A stretch of DNA of 64,000 bases from Acidimicrobiia bacterium (lineage in GTDB: Bacteria > Actinomycetota > Acidimicrobiia > Spongiisociales > ZC4RG35). Of the stretch, positions 46,219 through 53,872 are shown piece after piece. A program made the position numbers and the translations under genes. The stretch is from NCBI GenBank assembly GCA_035292685.1, contig DATDPP010000079.1:21390-85389 (forward strand). Direction: 5' to 3'. Positions within the stretch are counted from its first letter, which is position 1. The number at the start of each line of letters is the position of its first letter. The notes beneath the pieces were generated by a model, which worked only from the letters and a program-made list of their open reading frames with translations, ran no database searches and was not told the DNA's origin.

Positions 46219-47451
46219 TCAACCGACCCTATCCGGGATCACCTCGCGCACAATGTCGAGAAACTCGTCATCGTCGAGAAGGCCTTTCTTGGCGAGCGAC
46301 CGACCTTTGACCTCGGCGAGGATCGCCTCGATCTGCTTCGTCTCGGCGTCGAAGATGTCGTGTCTTCCAAGCCAGATCGCCACTGAGTCGAGACCGGATC
46401 CCTTTCCCAGGACGATCTTTGGCATGCTCTGGCCGACCAGCTCGGGACGATAGGGGAAGGGCTCGAGCAGGTCGTCGCCCACGTTCTTCACCCACGTGGC
46501 GATGATCCCCGACTCGACATTGAACAGCATGTCGCCGGTCACCGGTCGATTCGACGGCTGGGCTACGCCTGACAACTCCGCCACCAAACGAGCGATTTCG
46601 GTGAATTTCTCGGTCTTGACCCCCATGTCGATCCCGTACATCGTGAGCAAAGCGAGCACGGTCTCCTCGGTCGGTGCGTTCCCGGCGCGCTCCCCGATGC
46701 CACTGACCGTGGTGTGAATGACCGAAGCGCCTTCGGCCACGGCCAAGGCCGTGTTGGCCACGCCCATCCCGAAATCCATGTGGAAATGAGTCTCGAGCGG
46801 GACGTCGAGACGTTCCCGAACCCGCCGGGTGTAATAGCGGATCGCATGTGGAGAGGTGACCCCGAAGGTGTCGACGAGGGCGATGTTGTCGACATGACCG
46901 TTGGTGGCCACCGTCTCCAGGTCGTCGAGCAGCTCGGTCATCGTCGCCCGGGTGGCGTCGATGGGGAAGAATGTGACCTTGAGACCGTTCTCGTGGGCGT
47001 ACTTGGTGGCTTCGACGGATGCCTCGATCGCCCTCTCCACCGGCCACCGGTAGGCCTTCTCGATGAGATGATGGCTGGCAGGGACCTCCATGACCACACC
47101 TGTCACCCCACAGTCGAGTGCCAGCTCCACGTCGGGGACCATGCATCGACTGAAGGCATAGATCTCGGTCGGGAGCTCCGCGGCGACCATGCGCTCGATG
47201 GCCTGTTTGTCCGACGGTGAGACTGCGGGGAGCCCGGCCTCGATCCGGTGGATCCCGGCCTCAGCCAGGGCCTCGGCAAGCCTGACTTTCTCGTCGGCGG
47301 TGAACTCGACCCCTGCCTGCTGCTCACCGTCACGCAGGGTCACGTCATGGACCTTCACCTCGGACGGTATCTGGAATTCCCCGGTCACCTCAGGCAGATA
47401 GTTCCAAGGGCTCGAAAACCATTGGTCCGTCTTCCATGGCTCCTGACCCAT
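46219..47451 (-). CDS. HMGL-like / pyruvate carboxyltransferase-domain protein (homocitrate/isopropylmalate/citramalate synthase-type aldolase family)
   Basis: 'VHDVTLRDGEQQAGVEF', 'HFHMDFGMGVANTLAAV'-type HxH metal motif (here 'THFHMDFGMGVANTALAV') and 'GIGERAGNAPTEE'. Confidence 0.85.
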   Translation of the reverse strand: MGQEPWKTDQWFSSPWNYLPEVTGEFQIPSEVKVHDVTLRDGEQQAGVEFTADEKVRLAEALAEAGIHRIEAGLPAVSPSDKQAIERMVAAELPTEIYAFSRCMVPDVELALDCGVTGVVMEVPASHHLIEKAYRWPVERAIEASVEATKYAHENGLKVTFFPIDATRATMTELLDDLETVATNGHVDNIALVDTFGVTSPHAIRYYTRRVRERLDVPLETHFHMDFGMGVANTALAVAEGASVIHTTVSGIGERAGNAPTEETVLALLTMYGIDMGVKTEKFTEIARLVAELSGVAQPSNRPVTGDMLFNVESGIIATWVKNVGDDLLEPFPYRPELVGQSMPKIVLGKGSGLDSVAIWLGRHDIFDAETKQIEAILAEVKGRSLAKKGLLDDDEFLDIVREVIPDRVG

Positions 47452-47475
47452 CTACGCTCCTTTACCATCGTCCGA

Positions 47476-47501
47476 CAGGATGATCCTGCATCATATACGA
47501 T
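47476..47501. promoter_or_regulatory. Motif-1 site E (reverse orientation; rc of 47483..47501 = ATCGTATATGATGCAGGAT) plus an overlapping perfect palindrome CAGGATGATCCTG (47476..47488)
   Basis: 18/19 identical to site C. Lies in the 90-bp divergent gap between the HMGL-like operon (start 47451) and the DctP-like operon (start 47542). Confidence 0.65.
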
Positions 47502-47541
47502 CGATTGTGGACGGCCCCGACCGCCGGCCGGAGACCCCCAA

Positions 47542-48462
47542 ATGAAGGCCCAACGCCTGCTCATAGGTGGTTATGGACCGAAAGAGAGCGCCCATGGCGA
47601 GGGCCTGGCGACTTTCCGACAGGTCATCGAGCGAGAGACCGATGGTCAGGTCCTGGTAGACGTCATCTGGAACATCATGGAACAGGGGCGTCCCAACACC
47701 GACCTCTTCGACATGGTCGAGTCCGGTGAGATGTTCTTGTGCTACTTCTCGAGCAGTTATCTGGGGGATCGGGTGCCCCATCTCAATATCCTGGAGACCC
47801 CCTATCTGTTCCACGACCTCGACTCGGCCCACCGTGCTCTCGACGGTTCCTTGGGCCGCGCCCTGGCCGAAGCGGTGCGGGTCGGCGCCGGGTTCGAGTT
47901 GCTCGGGCTCTGGGACAACGGATTTCGGCATTTCACCAATCGGCACCACCCGGTGCGGTCTCCCACGGATTGTGCAGGAATGACGGTTCGCCTCCAGCCC
48001 AACGCCGTCCATGAGGAGTTGATCAGGTCATGGGGGGCAATCCCGGTCCCCGTCGACCTCAAGGCGGGCATCGAGATGATCGGTCGTCTCGAGGTCGATG
48101 CCCAGGAGAACCCATTGGCCAACACCGTGGCCTACGGAGTCGACAAGCTCCATCGCTTCGTGACCATGACCGGCCATCTCTACGGCGCTCGCGGGCTGTT
48201 TGCCCACGCTCCCACCTGGGATTCGTTCCCACCCGACCTCCGAGCCACCGTGAGCAGGGCTGCGCAAGAAGCTGTCAGCCATCAGCGAGAGGCGGCGGAA
48301 GCGCTGGAGGCCAAACTGCGCACCCGGCTCGAGGAATCCGGGACCGAGTTCGTGGATCTGACACCGGAGGAGCACGCGGCATTCATCGAGGCGTCGGCTC
48401 CTGCGATTGTCCTTGCCCATTCCGGTGTGCCGGTGGAGCTGTTCGAGTTGGCCGCACCATGA
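47542..48462 (+). CDS. DctP-like (TRAP-type) solute-binding protein homologue without a signal peptide
   Basis: DctP-family pattern 'GLWDNGFRHFTN', 'VDAQENPL' and 'HLYG'. The N-terminus 'MKAQRLLIGGYGPKE' has no hydrophobic h-region, lipobox or twin-Arg motif. Confidence 0.7.
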   Translation: MKAQRLLIGGYGPKESAHGEGLATFRQVIERETDGQVLVDVIWNIMEQGRPNTDLFDMVESGEMFLCYFSSSYLGDRVPHLNILETPYLFHDLDSAHRALDGSLGRALAEAVRVGAGFELLGLWDNGFRHFTNRHHPVRSPTDCAGMTVRLQPNAVHEELIRSWGAIPVPVDLKAGIEMIGRLEVDAQENPLANTVAYGVDKLHRFVTMTGHLYGARGLFAHAPTWDSFPPDLRATVSRAAQEAVSHQREAAEALEAKLRTRLEESGTEFVDLTPEEHAAFIEASAPAIVLAHSGVPVELFELAAP

Positions 48463-49211
48463 GTGTGGTCTTCCGATTCGAAGGCCGGGTAGTGGTGGTC
48501 ACCGGGGCCGCCACCGGCATCGGCAAGGCAACCGCGGAGGCGTTCGGCGCAGCGGGATCGAAGGTCTATCTCATCGACATCGACGGCGAGCGCGGGCGCG
48601 AGGCCGCCGCCGGAGTCGAGGGCGCGACATTCATCGCGTGTGATCTCACCTCCGAGGAGCAAGTGAACTCTGCGATTGGGAGGATCAGGGAGGACACCGA
48701 TCGGATAGACGTGCTGGTCAACAACGCCGGAGGCTTCGGGACGGCGAGAAGCATCGAGGACACCACGCTCGAGGAGTGGCACCAAGTCCTGGACGTCAAC
48801 CTCACCTCGGTCTTCGTCATGACCCGGGCGGCACTCCCCCTGCTCCGCCATTCAGAGGCTGGTCGTATCGTCAACCTCGGGTCCCTTGCCGGTCAGACTG
48901 CGGGATGGCGCACCGCGCCATCGTATGTTGCCTCCAAAGCGGGGGTCCACGCCCTGACCCGGGTGATGGCCACTGAACTCGCCGCGCAGGGCATCACGGT
49001 CAACGCTCTGGCCCCCTCCGCGGTTCTCACCGAGCGCATCGGGCAGCTGCGTGACGAGGCCGAGTTGAAAGCCACCGCGGCGGCGATTCCCCTCGGTCGC
49101 TACCAACGCCCGGACGAACTGGCCCACTGGGTCCTGTTCCTGGCATCTCCCGAAGCCGGGTTCATGACCGGTCAGACGGTATCGGTCAACGGCGGTAGGT
49201 TCATGGCGTGA
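48459..49211 (+). CDS. Short-chain dehydrogenase/reductase (SDR)
   Basis: 'VVVVTGAATGIGKA', 'NNAG' and 'YVASKAGV'. ATGA overlap with the upstream gene. Confidence 0.9.
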   Translation: MSVVFRFEGRVVVVTGAATGIGKATAEAFGAAGSKVYLIDIDGERGREAAAGVEGATFIACDLTSEEQVNSAIGRIREDTDRIDVLVNNAGGFGTARSIEDTTLEEWHQVLDVNLTSVFVMTRAALPLLRHSEAGRIVNLGSLAGQTAGWRTAPSYVASKAGVHALTRVMATELAAQGITVNALAPSAVLTERIGQLRDEAELKATAAAIPLGRYQRPDELAHWVLFLASPEAGFMTGQTVSVNGGRFMA

Positions 49212-49229
49212 GGACGAGGAGCGGCTGAG

Positions 49230-49613
49230 TTGGCGGAGCTGATCAAGTTCGACGAAGCGGAGCCTGTGGCCCGGGGTCACGGGATCGAGAGCATCCGGTT
49301 GACGCCGACCCCTCTCGCAGCCCAGGGTTTCGTCATGGGCATCACCAGCTTTCCGCCAGGGACGAGCATTGGTCTCCACAGCCACAACACCATCGAACAG
49401 GTGACGGTCGTCGAGGGCGAAGGGATCGCCGAGTTGAACGGCGAGCAGGTGCTGGCTCACCCCTATGACACCACCCAAATCGCACCGGGTGAGTGGCATC
49501 GGTTCATCAACACCGGATCGACGACGATGAGAATCCTCTGGGTGTACGGCAGCACCGAGGTCACCCGTACGTTTGCCGACACCGGGGAGACGGTCGAGCA
49601 GTTCTCGCAGTGA
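49230..49613 (+). CDS. Small cupin-fold protein
   Basis: 'FPPGTSIGLHSHNTIEQVTVVEGEG' and 'GEWHRFINTG'. TTG start with a GAGGAG ribosome-binding site. Confidence 0.65.
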   Translation: MAELIKFDEAEPVARGHGIESIRLTPTPLAAQGFVMGITSFPPGTSIGLHSHNTIEQVTVVEGEGIAELNGEQVLAHPYDTTQIAPGEWHRFINTGSTTMRILWVYGSTEVTRTFADTGETVEQFSQ

Positions 49614-50650
49614 GATTCGCGTTCGACCGACTGCAGCGGTTTGTTGCCGACGTCCTGATCGCGATCGACGTCCTCCCGGACCATGCAGAGACCACAGCCC
49701 AGCGACTCCTCGAAGCCGACATGAGGGGCCGGAACGGGCACGGTCTGATCCGGGTTCCCCAATACGTCACCCGGATCGAAGCCGGCGGCATCAACCTCCG
49801 GCCCAAGATCACCCGCCGTCGGGAGTCTGCGGTGAGTGCGTTGATCGACGGGGACAATGGCTTGGGCCAGGTGGTGATGACCGAGGCCACGGAGACCGCC
49901 ATCTCCAAGGCCGAGGCTTCCGGGATGGCCTGGGTGGGAACCGTCAACTCCAATCACGCCGGAGCCGCTGGGGTCTACACCTCGATGGCCCTCGAGCACG
50001 ACCTGATTGCTGTCTATTTCGCGGTGGCGAGTGCCAACGTCATGCCCCCCTGGGGCGGCCGGGACCGCTTGCTCGGGACCAATCCGATCTCCATTGCGAT
50101 CCCGGCCGGGAATGAAACGGCGTTTCTACTCGACATCGCCACCACGGTCACCTCACACGGGACGATCGCGGTCTTGGCCCAGGCCGGGGAACATATGCCA
50201 GAAGGCTGGGTTGCCGACCTCGAGGGAAATCCGATCCTCGACCCCAATCTGGCAAAAGAGGGCTTTTTGATGCCGATCGGCGGGTACAAGGGGTCGGGTC
50301 TGAATATCGCGATCGGTCTGCTCGCCGGGGTGCTCAACGGCGCCGCCTTCGGAGCCGAGGTGTTTGACCATCGCGAAGTGCCCGGACAGGCAGCGAACAC
50401 GGGTCAGTCGATCCTGGCGCTTCGACCTGACCTGTTTCGAGACCTCGATGAGTTCAAGGTCTCGATGGATGACCATCTGGAGGCTTTGCGCGCATCGGGC
50501 CCAGCGGGCAGCGTTCACCTCCCTGGAGAAGCCGCCGCCAGACTTCAAGAAGAGCAGCGGATCGAGGGGCTCCCGGTGCCGGACGTGCTGCTCGCCCAAC
50601 TGAGAGAACTGGCGCTGCGCCTCAACCTGCATGACCGACTCGACTCCTGA
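49610..50650 (+). CDS. Ldh_2-family (malate/L-lactate/ureidoglycolate/sulfolactate-type) NAD(P) dehydrogenase
   Basis: 'EADMRGRNGHGLIRVPQY', 'SNHAGAAG' and 'GGYKGSGLN'. GTGA overlap with the cupin stop. Confidence 0.8.
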   Translation: MRFAFDRLQRFVADVLIAIDVLPDHAETTAQRLLEADMRGRNGHGLIRVPQYVTRIEAGGINLRPKITRRRESAVSALIDGDNGLGQVVMTEATETAISKAEASGMAWVGTVNSNHAGAAGVYTSMALEHDLIAVYFAVASANVMPPWGGRDRLLGTNPISIAIPAGNETAFLLDIATTVTSHGTIAVLAQAGEHMPEGWVADLEGNPILDPNLAKEGFLMPIGGYKGSGLNIAIGLLAGVLNGAAFGAEVFDHREVPGQAANTGQSILALRPDLFRDLDEFKVSMDDHLEALRASGPAGSVHLPGEAAARLQEEQRIEGLPVPDVLLAQLRELALRLNLHDRLDS

Positions 50651-50654
50651 GCAA

Positions 50655-51725
50655 TCAGTGTGGAGGGGCGGGAATCGACCAGCGAACATGATCGGTTGTG
50701 ATCTCACCCACAGTCGCACAACCGATGTTTGCCATGGTGTTGCTGATCTCCTCCTCGAGAATCTCGAGGACACGGGTCAATCCTGAGGCGCCGCCAACGG
50801 CAAGGCCCCAGCATTGGAGCCGGCCAATCCCGACTGCCCGAGCCCCCAGGGCCAGCGCCTTGCAAACCTCTACCCCCCGGGTGAATCCGCTGTCCACAGC
50901 AACCTCGGCGTCTCCGGCCACTGCTTCGACGATCTCCCCCAACACCTCGATGGTGCTCAGACTGTGATCGACAACCCTCCCGCCATGGTTGGAAACGTAG
51001 ATGCCGGCCACGCCGCAGGCGATGGCTTGGAGGGCGTCTGCCGGGGTCATCACACCTTTGACAATGACAGGGAGGGCCGTCTGTCCACAGAGCCACTGGA
51101 GGTCCGGCCAGCTGAATCTGGCTCGATAGGCATAGTCGAAACCGTGTCCTCTCAGGTTGGGTGGGCCCTCCGGGGGCAGGCTCCAGGTGAAGCCATCCTC
51201 GAGGCTCCGATCCCGGCGCCCGATCACCGGGGTGTCCACGGTGACGCACACTCCGGCGAACCCGGCCTCTTCTGCGCGACCGAGAATCTCGATGATCCAG
51301 GACCGATCACCGAGCACGTAGAGTTGGAAGAAATGACGTCCGGGCGCGGTGGCTGCCACCTCCTCCCACGAAGAAGTGGAGAGGATGCCGCAAAAGGCGG
51401 ACGTGGACATCTGAGTCGCGGCCCGGGCGGAGGCCAAAGCATCGTCCGAGTCGAACAGGGCGAGTGCTCCGACTGGGGCCAAGACGACCGGCAGCGCCAG
51501 CGGCACACCGACAAATGAAGATGAGGTGTCGACGTCCCCGACGTCCCGCATCACCCGGGGGACCAACGCAAGCCGGTTCAGGGCCAAGGTGTTGCGGATC
51601 CGGGTGACCTCCTGGCCTGCGGCGGCAGCCGCCCATAGGTGCACTCCCGGCTCCACCACTTCGAGGGCGCGTGAGATCACCTGATCGATTGTCTTGAGGT
51701 CGGTGGGGTCGGTGCCTCCGGTCAC
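50655..51725 (-). CDS. FMN-dependent alpha-hydroxy-acid dehydrogenase/oxidase family protein
   Basis: 'FFQLYV', 'VIVKGV', 'VSNHGGR' and 'VDSGFTRGVEV'. Confidence 0.85.
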   Translation of the reverse strand: MTGGTDPTDLKTIDQVISRALEVVEPGVHLWAAAAAGQEVTRIRNTLALNRLALVPRVMRDVGDVDTSSSFVGVPLALPVVLAPVGALALFDSDDALASARAATQMSTSAFCGILSTSSWEEVAATAPGRHFFQLYVLGDRSWIIEILGRAEEAGFAGVCVTVDTPVIGRRDRSLEDGFTWSLPPEGPPNLRGHGFDYAYRARFSWPDLQWLCGQTALPVIVKGVMTPADALQAIACGVAGIYVSNHGGRVVDHSLSTIEVLGEIVEAVAGDAEVAVDSGFTRGVEVCKALALGARAVGIGRLQCWGLAVGGASGLTRVLEILEEEISNTMANIGCATVGEITTDHVRWSIPAPPH

Positions 51726-51732
51726 AGCGGAT

Positions 51733-52731
51733 TCAATAGTCGACTTCCACCAGACGCCGCTCCTGCACCGACCGGATTATCGCCTCGCATATCTGAGCGC
51801 TTCGCAGCCCGTCCAACCCCGAGGCGTTTGGCTGCTCACCCGTCAAGACGGCATGGGTGAATGCGGCCAGCGAAAGTCGGTGCGCCTCCGGGGCCTGATA
51901 TCGGGTGATGGTTTCTCCTTCGTCGGTCAGCACCGCCAACTCACCGTCACTCCTCGAGCGAGTGAACGAAGTTCCGACGATACGCCCCGCCGATCCATAG
52001 ATAACGATGTCGTTCAAAGGGTCACGGATGCTCTCATTGGCGTTGTAATGGACCAGGGCCCCATTGCCGAACCGCATCGTGATCAGGGCGAGCATTTCCA
52101 CCCCACCAGATTTCGGGTCCTTGTCGAACATGGCCATGACTTCGACCGGATCCGAATGGAGGATGACCCGCAGGAAATCGAGACCGTGGACCCCGACGTT
52201 GTGCACCGAGCCGAGCCCGGCGATCTCGGGGTCGGCGCGCCAATTGTCGTAATGACGTGGGCCCGAGCTCACCTGAACCTCGACCACCTTGACATCTCCG
52301 ACGACCCCTTCTGCGATCAGACGGCTCGCGTCTTGCACCCAGGGCAGGTGACGGTTGTGGAAGTTGATCCCGAGCTTGACGCCGGCTGCCGAGCAGGCGT
52401 CGACCGCCCGTCTCGCATCGGGGACGTTGTTCGCCAACGGCTTGTCACACAAGACATGCTTGCCGCCCCGGGCGGCGGCGATCACTTGTTCGGCATGAAA
52501 GGCATTCGGAGTGGCGATGAACACCGCCTCCACCTCGGGATTGGCCAGCATCTGGCCGTAGTCGGTGTAGGCGAATCGCGTACCGAACTGTCGGCCGAAT
52601 TCGTCGGCCCGACCCTGGTCCCGACTGACCCCGGCCACCAGCTCACATTCCGGCTCTTCGACCATGGCGGGGGCCATCGTTGTCTGGACGATGTTTCCGA
52701 TCCCGATGACTCCCCACCCGAGCTTTGCCAT
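51733..52731 (-). CDS. Gfo/Idh/MocA-family NAD(P) oxidoreductase
   Basis: 'LGWGVIGIGNIV' and 'HVLCDKPLA'. ATG at 52731 with a GGAGGG ribosome-binding site. Confidence 0.85.
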   Translation of the reverse strand: MAKLGWGVIGIGNIVQTTMAPAMVEEPECELVAGVSRDQGRADEFGRQFGTRFAYTDYGQMLANPEVEAVFIATPNAFHAEQVIAAARGGKHVLCDKPLANNVPDARRAVDACSAAGVKLGINFHNRHLPWVQDASRLIAEGVVGDVKVVEVQVSSGPRHYDNWRADPEIAGLGSVHNVGVHGLDFLRVILHSDPVEVMAMFDKDPKSGGVEMLALITMRFGNGALVHYNANESIRDPLNDIVIYGSAGRIVGTSFTRSRSDGELAVLTDEGETITRYQAPEAHRLSLAAFTHAVLTGEQPNASGLDGLRSAQICEAIIRSVQERRLVEVDY

Positions 52732-52742
52732 ACGCCCTCCGT

Positions 52743-53771
52743 TCAGAGCCCCAGAACTGAAGTCGGATTCGTAGAGAGGATGGCCTCCTTCTCCGAGTCC
52801 GTCAGCTGAGGCAGGCCGTTGACCCAATTCACGGCGTCGTGAAGCAACATCGGTGCCGGGTAGTCGGTGCCGAGTAGCACTCTGTCGATCCCCACCGCGT
52901 CAATGAGGAATCTGAGAGCCGGTCCGCTGTAGGTGCAGCAGTCGTAATAGAACCGGTCGAGGTAGGCACTCGGTGGGAGCGCCTGGGAGAAGCTGTCGCC
53001 TTCTCCGAACGGTGGGATGAAGCCACTGCCGGCGTCCTCCTCCAGCGCCCCGGCCACTTTGTCCATTCGAGCCACCCCGAAGGTGGTGTAGCCCCCACCA
53101 TGGGCGAGATACGGCTTGAGGTTGGGATAGCGGTCGATCACCCCGCCGAACACCAGGGCGGCGTATACAAGAGCCCGTTCGGTGAGATTGCCCACGGCGT
53201 TGCCCAGCTTGTAGCGACGGATCCGATAGTTGACACAGGTGTCACCACCCTGATGAAAAAAGAGAATCGCCCCCAGTTCCTCGGTGGCTGCGAAGAATGG
53301 GGTGAACTCGGGCTCGTCGTAGGTTTTGCCGGCCACATGATCGCTGACGATGACACCCTTCAGACCCAGATCGAGCATCGCCCGCTCCATCTCATCGATA
53401 GCACTGCGAACGTCTTGCATCGGGAGGGTTGCCAGACCGGCGAATCGAGACGGATGGCCCTGAACCATCTCAGCGATCTCGTCGTTGCACTCGCGGGCGA
53501 TGGCCGTCGTCACGTCGAGGTCGTTGTCGTACTGGTAGAAGCCGACCGTGGGCGTCACCAATTGCATGTCGACTCCGAGCGAGTCCATGTCGGACAGACG
53601 CTCGATCACCGACTTGTCGAAACCACCGAAACCGAGCTCTCCCGGTGTCCCGTCCAGGCCATGCCACTCGCCCCGCTCCCTGACCGCCTTCTTGTAGCGC
53701 TCGGGCGTCACGTGAGCGTGCATGTCGATCACCGGCATCGGGGTCGACATCTCCTCAACTATCGGCCTCAC
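52743..53771 (-). CDS. Amidohydrolase_2 family protein (ACMSD/LigW/LigJ-type, most divergent copy)
   Basis: 'VIDMHAHVTPE', 'LAHGGGYTTF' and 'GTDYPAPM'. The start could be 53771, 53750 or 53738. Confidence 0.85.
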   Translation of the reverse strand: MRPIVEEMSTPMPVIDMHAHVTPERYKKAVRERGEWHGLDGTPGELGFGGFDKSVIERLSDMDSLGVDMQLVTPTVGFYQYDNDLDVTTAIARECNDEIAEMVQGHPSRFAGLATLPMQDVRSAIDEMERAMLDLGLKGVIVSDHVAGKTYDEPEFTPFFAATEELGAILFFHQGGDTCVNYRIRRYKLGNAVGNLTERALVYAALVFGGVIDRYPNLKPYLAHGGGYTTFGVARMDKVAGALEEDAGSGFIPPFGEGDSFSQALPPSAYLDRFYYDCCTYSGPALRFLIDAVGIDRVLLGTDYPAPMLLHDAVNWVNGLPQLTDSEKEAILSTNPTSVLGL

Positions 53772-53800
53772 GCCCGTCTCCTGCGCCTACCTGGCAGGCC

Positions 53801-53818
53801 GATTGGCCTACTACATAA
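53801..53818. promoter_or_regulatory. Motif-2 site F1 (reverse orientation): rc = TTATGTAGTAGGCCAATC
   Basis: TTATGTA..TA..CC matches sites G and H. Lies in the divergent gap between 53771 (amidohydrolase operon) and 53873 (aldolase). Confidence 0.4.
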
Positions 53819-53825
53819 GTTGACA

Positions 53826-53846
53826 TTATACATTCTACCGGAAAGA
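53826..53846. promoter_or_regulatory. Motif-2 site F2: TTATACATTCTACCGGAAAGA
   Basis: 14/21 match to site G, including TTAT and TACCG. Same divergent gap as F1, in the opposite orientation. Confidence 0.4.
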
Positions 53847-53872
53847 CCCCATCGGACCGGAAGAGGGAAGCC

